From the NCBI GenBank assembly GCA_046759465.1, contig JBHICH010000005.1:1-55869 (forward strand): a DNA stretch of 55,869 nt, read 5' to 3'. Source of the DNA: Nitrososphaerales archaeon. Its GTDB lineage: Archaea > Thermoproteota > Nitrososphaeria > Nitrososphaerales > UBA213. Below the pieces are notes generated by a model. It was not told where the DNA came from. It saw nothing but the letters and a program-made list of their open reading frames with translations, and did no database searches. Within the stretch, counting starts at the first letter, position 1. The number at the start of each line of letters is the position of its first letter. Both the position numbers and the translations under genes were made by a program. Shown piece by piece: positions 26,067 through 35,619 of this stretch.

Positions 26067-26831
26067 TCAGATCGATTGAAGTAATGGCGCTGGTACACCA
26101 TTGCTCCACACATGTTCAAACATTGCGTTGTGGACATTACGTAACACTGCAGCAGACCTGAAAAGGACGCCTTTTCCATTGCTGCTACTGACCATAACTA
26201 TCGTAGATTTGTCGATGACAAAGAGGTTCATGTTTGTATCTCCAACTCTTACGGCAACTTCTTTTGGAAATGCTAGTAAAACATCGTTACTCATGCTTTC
26301 ATTGGAAACCAGCACCCTGACACCAACATAGCTGGCAATGGCCTTTGCTAAGGAGTCATTGCAGTGGGATAGTAACCTTATTCCCCAGGTATCTAGCATG
26401 CAAGCTATGCTTGACTTGGCTGCGGCAATCAATTTGCTCAGCATTTTTAAAACCGCATTAGGGTCTAGAACAAGGTATCTTCGTTCCTCAGCACCTTGTG
26501 GATTCATTCCTTCCTCACTTATCTTTTGTAAGTTTCCTACCATTCTCTTCATTCCTTTGACCCTATTCTCTTGCGTTACAAGCAATTCGCTGAACGCTTC
26601 ATCTGGCAATATTGCACTACAAATGAGTGGTTTGTCCTCGCTACTCACAACCAAGCCCTTCTTCGCCAACTTCGTCAGAGTAGTGTATACCTTCGTTCTA
26701 GGCAGGTTGGCATAATAGGCAAGTTCGCTTGCCGACAGCGGACCCTTGCTCAATAGTGTGAGATAGGCCCTAGCCTCATACTTGCTTAGACCAAACTCCT
26801 CTAAGCTTGGCGCTAGTTCATTTCTTCGCAT
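26067..26831 (-). CDS. TrmB-family transcriptional regulator
   Basis: 254-aa ORF. The N-terminal winged helix LEEFGLSKYEARAYLTLLSKGPLSASELAYYANLPRTKVYTTLTKLAKKGLV is a textbook TrmB N-domain. Confidence 0.85.
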   Translation of the reverse strand: MRRNELAPSLEEFGLSKYEARAYLTLLSKGPLSASELAYYANLPRTKVYTTLTKLAKKGLVVSSEDKPLICSAILPDEAFSELLVTQENRVKGMKRMVGNLQKISEEGMNPQGAEERRYLVLDPNAVLKMLSKLIAAAKSSIACMLDTWGIRLLSHCNDSLAKAIASYVGVRVLVSNESMSNDVLLAFPKEVAVRVGDTNMNLFVIDKSTIVMVSSSNGKGVLFRSAAVLRNVHNAMFEHVWSNGVPAPLLQSI

Positions 26832-26908
26832 TTACATTGATTTGATACGAGGGAAGGTAAGTATCATAGCCAAATAGATTTGAACAAACGCTCAAAATCT
26901 TGCATTTA

Positions 26909-26929
26909 GTAAACATTGTTTACAATGTT
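26909..26929. promoter_or_regulatory. interleaved palindromes in the trmB-cdvB divergent intergenic region (candidate operator)
   Basis: GTAAAC-ATT-GTTTAC (26909-26923) overlaps AACATTG-TTTA-CAATGTT (26912-26929). The site lies 63-83 nt upstream of the cdvB ATG. Confidence 0.3.
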
Positions 26930-26991
26930 AATCAAATTGCAGGCACATAGCGGTATTAGTGCTGTGCTTAGATCAGATCCTCGGTGTAAAC

Positions 26992-27636
26992 ATGTCATTT
27001 GCAACAAAATGGACGAAATCAAACGAACCTAGTTTGGGTGAGAAGCTACATGATGCTGTCAAACCGACAGGTCCACTAAAGCCCCGAATAGAACAGGCGC
27101 AGAGGAAATTGCAGCTACAGGTATCAAGACTGGAAGCAATAAATAACAAAATGAAGGACAAAGACCAAGCATTATTCAAGAAGATCGTAGGTGCTATACA
27201 GCAGCACGACACTCAATACTCCACTGTGCTGTCAAACGAACTTGCACAGATAAGAAAGATGGGCAAGATTGTCGGCCATGCAAAACTAGCACTAGAACAA
27301 ATACAGATCAGGCTGAGCACGATAACAGAGTTAGGCGATGTTGTTGTAACACTGAGCCCAGCAATGGCAGTTGTCAAGAACGTTAGGGCAGGACTCACAG
27401 GAATGATGCCAGAGGTTGACAACGAAATGGGCGAGATATCGCAGATGCTTGGAGGCATACTAATGGATGCAGGACAGATAGGAGGATACACAATCAACTT
27501 TGACTCCGCAAATGAAGAAGCAACAAAGATACTTGAAGAGGCTTCAAGTGTAGCAGAAAACAGAATGAAGGATAAGCTTCCCGATCTCCCGGCTACGATT
27601 GAAGAAGGAACAGAGACAAAAGGGGTGGTAGGTTAA
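26992..27636 (+). CDS. cdvB: ESCRT-III/Snf7-like cell-division protein CdvB
   Basis: 214 aa from the ATG at 26992 (the track ORF begins at an upstream GTG). It has an all-helical Snf7 core (LQLQVSRLEAINNKM...LALEQIQIRLSTITELGDVV...), an acidic C-terminus, and a Pro-containing LPDLPA tail resembling a MIM2 element. Confidence 0.8.
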   Translation: MSFATKWTKSNEPSLGEKLHDAVKPTGPLKPRIEQAQRKLQLQVSRLEAINNKMKDKDQALFKKIVGAIQQHDTQYSTVLSNELAQIRKMGKIVGHAKLALEQIQIRLSTITELGDVVVTLSPAMAVVKNVRAGLTGMMPEVDNEMGEISQMLGGILMDAGQIGGYTINFDSANEEATKILEEASSVAENRMKDKLPDLPATIEEGTETKGVVG

Positions 27637-27710
27637 CAACGGTGTTTGCAAGAGTAGCACCCCCTTTTTATGCTACTCCACAAACACGACTTTTTTGTTA
27701 GGGATATACT

Positions 27711-28241
27711 ATGCAGATACCAACCAATTTCTTTGCTACAAGAAAGAGTATTGATTTGAAGGACAGAACCTTTCAGGCTATAAGCGATCTTGAAACCGAG
27801 ATAAAGGCAATGCATTCTTTGCGCAATAGACTACAGTCTAACGTTAACGATGTGTTGGTGTCTGCAATGAAATCAGATAATAAGGAACTCACAAGTCATT
27901 ATATTGAGGAGTATGATGATCTAGCAAACTTGCTTAATATAGTAAGATCTGCTGAACTTCTGCTGCAGAATCTTTCTGTAAAGATCGATGGAACAAGGTA
28001 CCTGCAGGAACTTGTAGGCATACTCGATAAAGCTATGGGTTCCTTACGTGTCATCAAGTCAGATATATCGAGAATAGTGCCTGCTATAGATTCAAGGTTA
28101 AACACCATAAGCGGTTCTATAATTGAGATAAAGACAGATTTAATGATAAAAGAATTTGACCAGAGCAAGGTTTACGAATTGCCAGCACTAATGCCTAGGA
28201 TCAAAATCGAGTTACCCGAAATGATAAGACAGAGAAAATAG
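27711..28241 (+). CDS. ESCRT-III-like CdvB paralogue
   Basis: 176-aa helical ORF. Its helix pattern aligns by eye with the CdvB core (LLLQNLSVKIDGTRYLQELVGILDKAMGSLRVIKSDISRIVPAID versus LALEQIQIRLSTITELGDVVVTLSPAMAVVKNVRAGLTGMMPEVD). It lacks the Pro-rich tail. Confidence 0.6.
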   Translation: MQIPTNFFATRKSIDLKDRTFQAISDLETEIKAMHSLRNRLQSNVNDVLVSAMKSDNKELTSHYIEEYDDLANLLNIVRSAELLLQNLSVKIDGTRYLQELVGILDKAMGSLRVIKSDISRIVPAIDSRLNTISGSIIEIKTDLMIKEFDQSKVYELPALMPRIKIELPEMIRQRK

Positions 28242-28337
28242 CTAATATTGGTGCAATAAATTTAACCAGTTTTACTACTGCGGTTCACCCTCAGATATAG
28301 GTAAACGATATTAGGATTAATGAAAGGGAGATGTTGA

Positions 28338-29510
28338 TTGACATTAGCACCTCAAGAATTAGAGAACACTGCGAGCAAATTTGCTGAAGAAGCAATAAGG
28401 CTGGACTCACAAGGCTCTAGGGGTATGGCTATCCAGCATTATCAGAGAGCTGTTGAATCACTACTAAAACTCGTGCAGCTCTACCCTGAATACAAATTGA
28501 ACAAGATCTATGTTGAAAGAGCCAAGGCGTATCAGAACAGAATAAAAGCACTGCAGCTTTCACACGGGCTTGATGGTGAGAATACTGCCGACCCACAAAA
28601 CGGTAAATCTACAGGCAGTGTAGAGATGCTGAAGGCTAACTTTGATGACCTGATAATAAAGGACAAGCCAAACATTCACTGGGATGAAGTTGTTGGTCTT
28701 GAAGATGCCAAGCGTGCACTTAACGAATCGATTGTCTATCCCGCTCGAAGACCAGATCTTTTTCCACTAGGATGGCCGAGGGGAATATTGCTTTATGGTC
28801 CTCCTGGATGTGGAAAGACGCTTATCGCAGCAGCAACTGCAACCGAAATTGCAGGTTACTTTATCAATGTTGACGCAGCTTCGATGATGAGCAAGTGGCT
28901 CGGTGAAGCTGAGAAGAACGTTGCAAAGTTGTTTTCGATGGCGAGAAAGATTGCACAGAAGGAAAGTGTTCCAGTAATACTATTTGTCGATGAATTGGAT
29001 TCACTGCTTGGGACAAGGATGAATGAAGTTGGAGGAGAGATACGGGTAAAGAACCAGTTCCTATCGGAAACGGATGGTATAAACGCAAAGTCAAAAGAGC
29101 TGCAGATGTATGTTATTGGTGCGACAAACAAACCGTGGAGTCTTGACTGGCCATTTCTACGAAGATTTCAAAAGAGAATTTGCATATCATTGCCAGATCA
29201 TGATGCAAGATGCCAAATGTTCAGGCTTTACACATCGCCATTGAACGTCGACGGCAGCTTAAAGATTGATGAACTTGCAAAGGTAACCGAAGGATACTCA
29301 GCAAGTGACATAAGAGACATCTGTCAGTCAGTTCAGTTGCGTGTAGTTAACGAGCTCTTTGAAAGTGGAAAGGCAAATGAAAACGACTCCAAAACAAGAA
29401 GCATCACGATGAACGACTTGAAGAACATTCTAAAGATGAGGAGGCCCAGCGTAAGCTTGGAAATGACCAGGGCTTATGCACGCTGGACAGAGCAGTTCAA
29501 AGCCCTCTAA
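28338..29510 (+). CDS. cdvC: CdvC / Vps4-type AAA+ ATPase with N-terminal MIT domain
   Basis: 390-aa ORF with a TTG start. It has MIT-like helices (AIQHYQRAVESLLKLVQLYPE), Walker A GPPGCGKT, Walker B ILFVDELD, and the second region of homology ATNKPWSLDWPFLRRF. Confidence 0.9.
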   Translation: MTLAPQELENTASKFAEEAIRLDSQGSRGMAIQHYQRAVESLLKLVQLYPEYKLNKIYVERAKAYQNRIKALQLSHGLDGENTADPQNGKSTGSVEMLKANFDDLIIKDKPNIHWDEVVGLEDAKRALNESIVYPARRPDLFPLGWPRGILLYGPPGCGKTLIAAATATEIAGYFINVDAASMMSKWLGEAEKNVAKLFSMARKIAQKESVPVILFVDELDSLLGTRMNEVGGEIRVKNQFLSETDGINAKSKELQMYVIGATNKPWSLDWPFLRRFQKRICISLPDHDARCQMFRLYTSPLNVDGSLKIDELAKVTEGYSASDIRDICQSVQLRVVNELFESGKANENDSKTRSITMNDLKNILKMRRPSVSLEMTRAYARWTEQFKAL

Positions 29511-29542
29511 AATTATTTATTGCGTTTTAGATTAGCAATGCC

Positions 29543-30007
29543 ATGGTAAAGTGGGATATAGAGCAAGAAGAATATTATTACAAGATTTATGATGTAGAGA
29601 AGGAACTTGCCGGTTACTTTCAGCCCGACTACGGTGAAATTCATCCGGCTGAGAAGCAAGACGAAATAATAAACGAAATGCTGAGGAGACAAGATAGTGT
29701 TTATGGTGGTGTTCTATACGTTCCACTTTTGAAACTTAATTTGGTAAATGAAGAGCATGATTACGACTTGGATTATCTTTTGCAAAATCTTGATGCATCT
29801 ATAGCTCGAGCTGAAAAGTGGAAGGAATGCCTAGTCGAAACGTCTTCAATATCTTTTGCAAGGGCGCGAAAGTCACATTCCGATCCTGATATGTTAAGTT
29901 TATTGCTGGGCATAAAATTTGTCGGACCTGTTAAACTAAACAAGAATAATCTTCTAAGTGCTCTGCAACCAATTTTAGACCATTTCCACGAAAAGGAATT
30001 GTTATAG
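29543..30007 (+). CDS. hypothetical protein
   Basis: 154-aa acidic ORF immediately downstream of cdvC. No motif recognised. Confidence 0.55.
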   Translation: MVKWDIEQEEYYYKIYDVEKELAGYFQPDYGEIHPAEKQDEIINEMLRRQDSVYGGVLYVPLLKLNLVNEEHDYDLDYLLQNLDASIARAEKWKECLVETSSISFARARKSHSDPDMLSLLLGIKFVGPVKLNKNNLLSALQPILDHFHEKELL

Positions 30008-30069
30008 AAATAACCACAATGCTTATATCTAGTTTCAAGACAAGTGGGAGAGGGTCAAAAATTCCGACA

Positions 30070-31218
30070 ATGCGACCTAAGCACGATGGACTTGAAGCTA
30101 AGCTCGTGCTTGAGGATGGAAGTGTATTCACTGGCATAGGTTTTGGTTTTCAAAGCAAGATAGCAGGCGAGGTCGTTTTCAATACTGGAATGGTAGGTTA
30201 TACCGAAGCGTTAACAGATCCTTCTTATCGTGGACAAATCTTATGCTTAACATACCCACTTGTGGGAAATTATGGTGTGCCAAGTTACAAAATAAAGGAT
30301 GATCTCGGTCTTCCAAAATATTTCGAGGCTGAGCATATACAGGTAAAGGGACTGATAATACACGAACTATCACCATTAGCAAGTCACTGGGCGAGCGATA
30401 GAACTTTAGATCAGTGGTTATATGACGAAAAGATATTGGGCATTCATGGAATTGACACTAGGGAATTGACAAAGCGGATAAGAGTACAAGGTGTCATGAT
30501 GGGTGCAATGGAAGTTTCAAAAAATGGCATTAGTGACGAATCATTGTTCATGGCCGTGAAGAGCAATGTTAGATACGATGATATCAACTTCATACCAGAA
30601 GTTTCTGCAAAATCTGTGAAGACATATGGCGAACAAGATGAGCGCGTTGTGCTGATAGATACCGGCACAAAGTACAGCATAATTCGCAATATAATGCGAA
30701 GGGGTTACAAAGTTGTTAGGTTGCCATATACAGCAAGCATACAGCAGGTTCTGTCATACGAACCCAAGGGAGTTGTTTTGAGTAATGGTCCAGGAGATCC
30801 CAAATTCTGCAAGGAAACTATAGTGCTGTCGAAAGATTTGATAGAGCGTAGAATTCCAACTCTTGGAATATGCTTGGGAAACCAGATACTTGCACTAGCA
30901 TCAGGAGCAGATACATACAAGTTGAAGTATGGGCACAGAGGGCAGAACAAGCCTTGTGTTGATTTACGAGACGGAAGTGCGTATGTTACAAGTCAGAACC
31001 ACGGATACTGCATAAACCCAGATTCGCTGAAGGGGACAGGTTTCAAGCTCTGGTTCATGAATGCAGATGATAATACTGTGGAAGGAATAATCCATGAGGA
31101 CAGACCAATAATTGCTGTTCAATTTCATCCAGAAGCATCTCCAGGTCCGTATGACTGCAGGTTCGTGTTCGATATGCTTGATAAAATGATCAGAGGTGAG
31201 AAAGTTGCCAAAGCATGA
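30070..31218 (+). CDS. carA: carbamoyl-phosphate synthase small (glutaminase) subunit
   Basis: 382 aa from the ATG at 30070 (MRPKHDGLEAKLVLEDGSVF matches the usual CarA N-terminus). It has the GATase triad context GICLGNQIL and FHPE. Confidence 0.9.
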   Translation: MRPKHDGLEAKLVLEDGSVFTGIGFGFQSKIAGEVVFNTGMVGYTEALTDPSYRGQILCLTYPLVGNYGVPSYKIKDDLGLPKYFEAEHIQVKGLIIHELSPLASHWASDRTLDQWLYDEKILGIHGIDTRELTKRIRVQGVMMGAMEVSKNGISDESLFMAVKSNVRYDDINFIPEVSAKSVKTYGEQDERVVLIDTGTKYSIIRNIMRRGYKVVRLPYTASIQQVLSYEPKGVVLSNGPGDPKFCKETIVLSKDLIERRIPTLGICLGNQILALASGADTYKLKYGHRGQNKPCVDLRDGSAYVTSQNHGYCINPDSLKGTGFKLWFMNADDNTVEGIIHEDRPIIAVQFHPEASPGPYDCRFVFDMLDKMIRGEKVAKA

Positions 31219-34200
31219 ATGGACAAAGAAAGTGTTAGTGTTAGGCAGCGGCGCGATAAAGATCGGAGAAGCAGGCGAAAGTCTCTAAAGAGACCGCCAG
31301 TTCGACTACTCCGGCAGCCAATGCCTTAAAGCACTGAAGGAGGAAGGAGTATCAAGCGTTCTGATCAATCCAAACGTTGCTACGATACAGACGGACACAA
31401 GATTTGCCGATAAAGTGTACTTGCTACCAATAACCCCAGCGTTTGTTGAAAAAGTGCTTCAGCAGGAAAAACCCGATGGAATAATGCTGGCCTTTGGTGG
31501 GCAAACGGCATTGAACTGTGGCGTTGCACTTAGTAAACAGGGCATACTAGATGAATACGGCGTTAAAGTTCTTGGGACTCCAATCGATGGAATCGAATTA
31601 ACTGAAGACAGAAAACTATTCAAGAAAACTATGCTGGAAAATGATATTCCTGTTCCAAGAAGCAACGCAGCTTACAACATGGAAGAAGCTCACAAAATAG
31701 CAAAGGAGATTGGTTACCCTGTAATAATTAGGGTCGCATTCACACTTGGAGGACGTGGCGGTGGTGTCGCCCATAATGAATATGAGTTTACAGAAATTGC
31801 ACAGAGAGGTTTGGCAGCAAGCATGGTTCACCAGATACTTATTGAAGAATACATTGGAGACTTCAAGCAGATCGAGTATGAGGTGATGCGTGATTATAAG
31901 GGGAACAGTGTAACCGTTTGCAATTTGGAAAATCTTCTCGGAATGAAGGTTCACACTGGGGACAACATTGTGGTTGCGCCATCGCAAACACTGAACAATC
32001 ACGAATATCATTTGCTAAGAACTGCTGCGATAAGAGCCACAAGCGCATGCAGTATTGTTGGAGAATGCAACATACAGTTCGCATTATCACCCAAATCTGA
32101 GCAGTATTATGCAATAGAGATCAATGCAAGATTATCAAGATCATCTGCACTTGCATCAAAGGCAACTGGATATCCAATCGCATATATGGCAGCAAAGATC
32201 GTTCTCGGCTATACTCTGCCAGAACTGATAAATAAAATTACAAAAGTTACCACAGCATGCTTTGAACCATCGCTTGATTACCTAGTAGTCAAGTTTCCAA
32301 GATGGGACTTCAGGAAGTTCGAGATGGTGAACAGAAAGATCGGAACACAGATGAAGTCAGTTGGCGAGGTCATGGCAATTGCAAGGAACTTTGAAGAGGC
32401 GGTTCAAAAAGCTGTAAGAATGCTTGACATTGGAATGGATGGATTAACTGGGAATGGCAACGGACTTGCTGATGTGCAGATCGAAGAATTGGAAGACAGG
32501 CTGCTTAATCCTGATGATGAAATAATGTTCGCAGTCGTGGACGCATTACGCAAAGGAATAAGCGTTGATAGGATAAGCAAGGTGTCTTCGATAGATCCAT
32601 GGTTCGTAGCCAAGCTGAATAACGTAGTTGAGTTCGAATCAAAACTAGCAAAATCTGAATTAAACACAGAGATTGTACGAGAAGCAAAGAGGCTAGGATT
32701 TTCCGACAAACGAATAGCTAGGTGCATTGGAATAGAGGAGCCCGAAGTTAGAGAGTTCAGGAAGCAGACAAACATACTGCCTGTTGTAAAACAGATAGAT
32801 ACACTTGCAGCTGAATGGCCAGCCAAGACAAACTATCTCTACCTAACGTATGGAGGTTCAACTGACGACATAGTTTTAGAGAAGGATAGCAGTAGGACGA
32901 TCGTTCTTGGTGCAGGACCGTACAGGATTGGTAGCAGTGTAGAGTTTGACTGGGGAACTGTGAACATGGTGTGGGGATTGAAGGACAATGGAATTAACGA
33001 GGTTGCTGTTATAAACTGCAACCCAGAAACCGTATCAACGGATTACGATGTTTGTGATAGGCTATACTTCGAGGAACTGACTCATGAACGTGTGTTGGAC
33101 ATCTATGAAAAAGAGACGGCTGACGGAATAGTAACCTGTGTTGGAGGACAGGCTGCAAACAACTTGACCCCAAAGCTTGCCAGCAGCGGCGTAAAGATAG
33201 TTGGAACCAACAGTGAGGATGTTGATAGAGCAGAAGACAGGTCGAAGTTCAGCAACCTTCTAGATCAACTGCACATAAAGCAACCAGCTTGGCAAAAGTT
33301 TGCAAACTTTGATGATGCAAAGGTATTTTCAAGAAGTGCTGAATATCCTGTATTGGTAAGGCCATCATACGTTCTCAGCGGAGCAGCAATGAAGGTTGTC
33401 TGGGATGAAAAGCAACTGAAGCAATATCTTACTGAAGCGTCTAGTGTGAGTCCAGAGTATCCAGTTGTAATAAGCAAGTTCATGCTCGATGCTCTTGAAG
33501 TTGAAGTTGACGCCGTTTCAGACGGCTGTCAGGTTATTATCGGCTCGATAATTGAGCATATAGAAACTGCAGGAATCCATTCGGGCGATGCAATGATGGT
33601 CATTCCACCGTGGCGGTTGACAAGAAAGAATGTAGAATCTATAGCTGACTATTCCAACCAGATCGCAAAGGCTCTAAAGATAAAGGGACCATTCAACATA
33701 CAGTATCTTGTAAAGGATGACATCGTGTATGTTATTGAATGCAATGTCAGGGCATCACGCTCTATGCCTTTCGTATCAAAGTTTGTTGGACTAAATCTTA
33801 TTGCGCTTGCTGCTAGAGTCATGAGTGACAAACCCATACCAAAGGAGGCAGAAGATGCATGGCTGAAAACTACCGGTTTCGGAATCAAAGTGCCACAATT
33901 CTCCTTCATGCAACTCGAAGGTGCAGATACCGTGCTTGGTGTAGAAATGCAATCAACCGGAGAGGTCGCGTGCTTTGGCAACACATTTTATGACGCATTA
34001 TCAAAGGCACTGATCGCAGCTGGATACTCCTTACCAACAAAAGGTTCTGCATTAGTTACTGTTGGAGGTTCTGACATGAAGAGCAAAGTGCTACCAATGA
34101 TCTCAATACTAAAATCTATGGGGTTCGATCTGCTTGCAACAGAACATACAGCCGAATTCATGATTGAGAGCGGATTCAATGATACGAAGGTTGTATACAA

Positions 34201-34474
34201 GATCAGTGAACCTGACAGGAAGCCCAACATAATCAGTCTGCTTTATGACAGGGATGTAGATTTCATCGTTAACATACCAAGTACGTCGACACTTGAGAAG
34301 TATGTTGGAATGCTTTACGACGAATACCTGATCAGAAGGAAAGCTGTAGAGATGGGATTGCCTGTTTTAACAACTCTCGAATCTGCAAACTCGTTTGCAA
34401 AGACACTTGAATGGTTGAGGAATAATGAACCAAACATAAGCTCGCTTAAAGATTACATGCAGTTCGACCATTAA
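31205..34474 (+). CDS. carB: carbamoyl-phosphate synthase large subunit, frame interrupted by a 21-nt insert with in-frame TAA
   Basis: A TTG at 31205 gives MPKHEWTKKVLVLGSGAIKIGEAGE, the canonical CarB N-terminus. The sequence then reads SL*RDRQ (31280-31300) and resumes in frame with FDYSGSQCLKALKEEG... through to the stop at 34474. The ORF track sees only the 1019-aa part from 31415. The start overlaps carA by 14 nt. Confidence 0.88.
31280..31300 (+). other. 21-nt in-frame insert in carB (candidate BHB-type mini-intron)
   Basis: AGTCTCTAAAGAGACCGCCAG. It is flanked and structured as GGCG-AAA-GTCTC-TAAA-GAGAC-CGCC-AGT. The stop codon 31286-31288 sits in the TAAA loop. Confidence 0.5.
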
Positions 34475-35226
34475 ACTATACTTTTAAGTAACGATTCATT
34501 TCCTACGATTGCACCGTCTAAAGTCATAATCAATGCACTGTCAACGTGCTCCAATGCCTTCTTAACGATTGGTGATATTGATTTTTTATACCGCTTATTT
34601 TGCATCGAGTAGTAGAAGTACCTGTTAAAACCAGGAAGAACTAGTATTTCCAGTGCTCCCTTGCTGTTGCTAAACAAAAACTGTTTGTCAACCTTCAGGT
34701 ATATCCAGACTCTCTGCCCACTGATCACGCTTCCCTCCCTGACAAAGATTGGATGTATGTGACCCATGATAATTCTCTTCAAGGTAGAACTTGTTTTGCT
34801 AGGCATTGTGTGTCCATGAACCAGTAACGTATCGTCAAGTAGCATGCCCGTGCTACTTATCATTCTGATAGCTCTTGGTGCAAGGAATCTTATGTTGCCA
34901 TCATGATTTCCCGGAATGAGAAATACCTTGATCGTTCTAGACAGTTTCTGCAGAAATTCTGGTATATTCTTCCATTCAGCCTTTGTTATTGTATGTGTGC
35001 TGCTCTTGACATCTCCCAAAAGGACAAGTACATCAGGCTCTTCCTTCTTAACCATGTAAGATAATTCATCAAGCATTTCATCGATATACTTGTCAGAACC
35101 AATGTTGATGCCCCTGCCACTCAACTCACTTTCAAACCCTATATGCAGATCAGATATAGCAATATAGCGCTGGTCTCCCTCGAGCAGCAAAGCTGGATGT
35201 GGATTCAGTATCTTCATCTTTGTCAT
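34471..35226 (-). CDS. COG1407-type metallophosphoesterase (calcineurin-like), paralogue 1
   Basis: 251 aa from MTKMKILNPHPALLLEG (the track ORF extends further upstream). Motifs are ISDLHIGFE, LGDVKSS, PGNHDGN and VHGH...GHIHP. It aligns along its full length with 47887-48735. Confidence 0.75.
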   Translation of the reverse strand: MTKMKILNPHPALLLEGDQRYIAISDLHIGFESELSGRGINIGSDKYIDEMLDELSYMVKKEEPDVLVLLGDVKSSTHTITKAEWKNIPEFLQKLSRTIKVFLIPGNHDGNIRFLAPRAIRMISSTGMLLDDTLLVHGHTMPSKTSSTLKRIIMGHIHPIFVREGSVISGQRVWIYLKVDKQFLFSNSKGALEILVLPGFNRYFYYSMQNKRYKKSISPIVKKALEHVDSALIMTLDGAIVGNESLLKSIV

Positions 35227-35260
35227 AAAAGTAATTAGCGGGTATCCAGATAAATCCATT

Positions 35261-35587
35261 GTGCGAGGGACGCAGGTTGAGAAGGCCGTAAAGGTTGCTG
35301 TTGAAAAAGGTGTCAAGGTGCATGTATTCAAGCCAAGCAAGAGGGAGATATGGACAGTTGTTGGGAAGGATCACGAGTACTGGGTCGATACCGAGCATAG
35401 TTTTTGCTCATGCAAGGATTACTACTTTCAAACTTTGAGCGGAAAGGAAAAGTGTTATCACCTGCAGATCATTAGCATAGCAAAGGAAAAGAAGTTGGTA
35501 GACGTTATAGAATTTAGTGATGAAGAATACAACTCCTTTTTACAGGCATTGATAAACGATATTTTTCTTCTAGCGAAAGATGAGTAA
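35261..35587 (+). CDS. SWIM zinc-finger protein
   Basis: 108-aa ORF with a GTG start. It has the CxC-x(n)-CxH SWIM signature FCSCKDYYFQTLSGKEKCYHL. It is divergent from the metallophosphoesterase gene. Confidence 0.65.
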   Translation: MRGTQVEKAVKVAVEKGVKVHVFKPSKREIWTVVGKDHEYWVDTEHSFCSCKDYYFQTLSGKEKCYHLQIISIAKEKKLVDVIEFSDEEYNSFLQALINDIFLLAKDE

Positions 35588-35619
35588 GGCTTTTATCTTC
35601 TCTGCATAAGGCATACTTT

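Noticed and set aside
31415-34474. Taking the 1019-aa track ORF as a genuinely N-terminally truncated carB, or treating carB as a dead pseudogene.
   Set aside because: The missing N-terminus is present in frame upstream from 31205. The only lesion is a precise 21-nt, frame-preserving insert, and about 1,060 downstream codons are intact. Simple decay cannot be excluded without read or transcript data, so it is reported as a finding instead.
34471-35340. N-terminal extensions of track ORFs, such as 34471-35340, 39565-40662, 53552-55153, 30019-31218, 26959-27636, 43604-44284 and 44169-45035.
   Set aside because: Internal ATGs give N-termini that match paralogues or families or start with signal peptides. 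They also remove overlaps with neighbouring genes, so the shorter coordinates were used.
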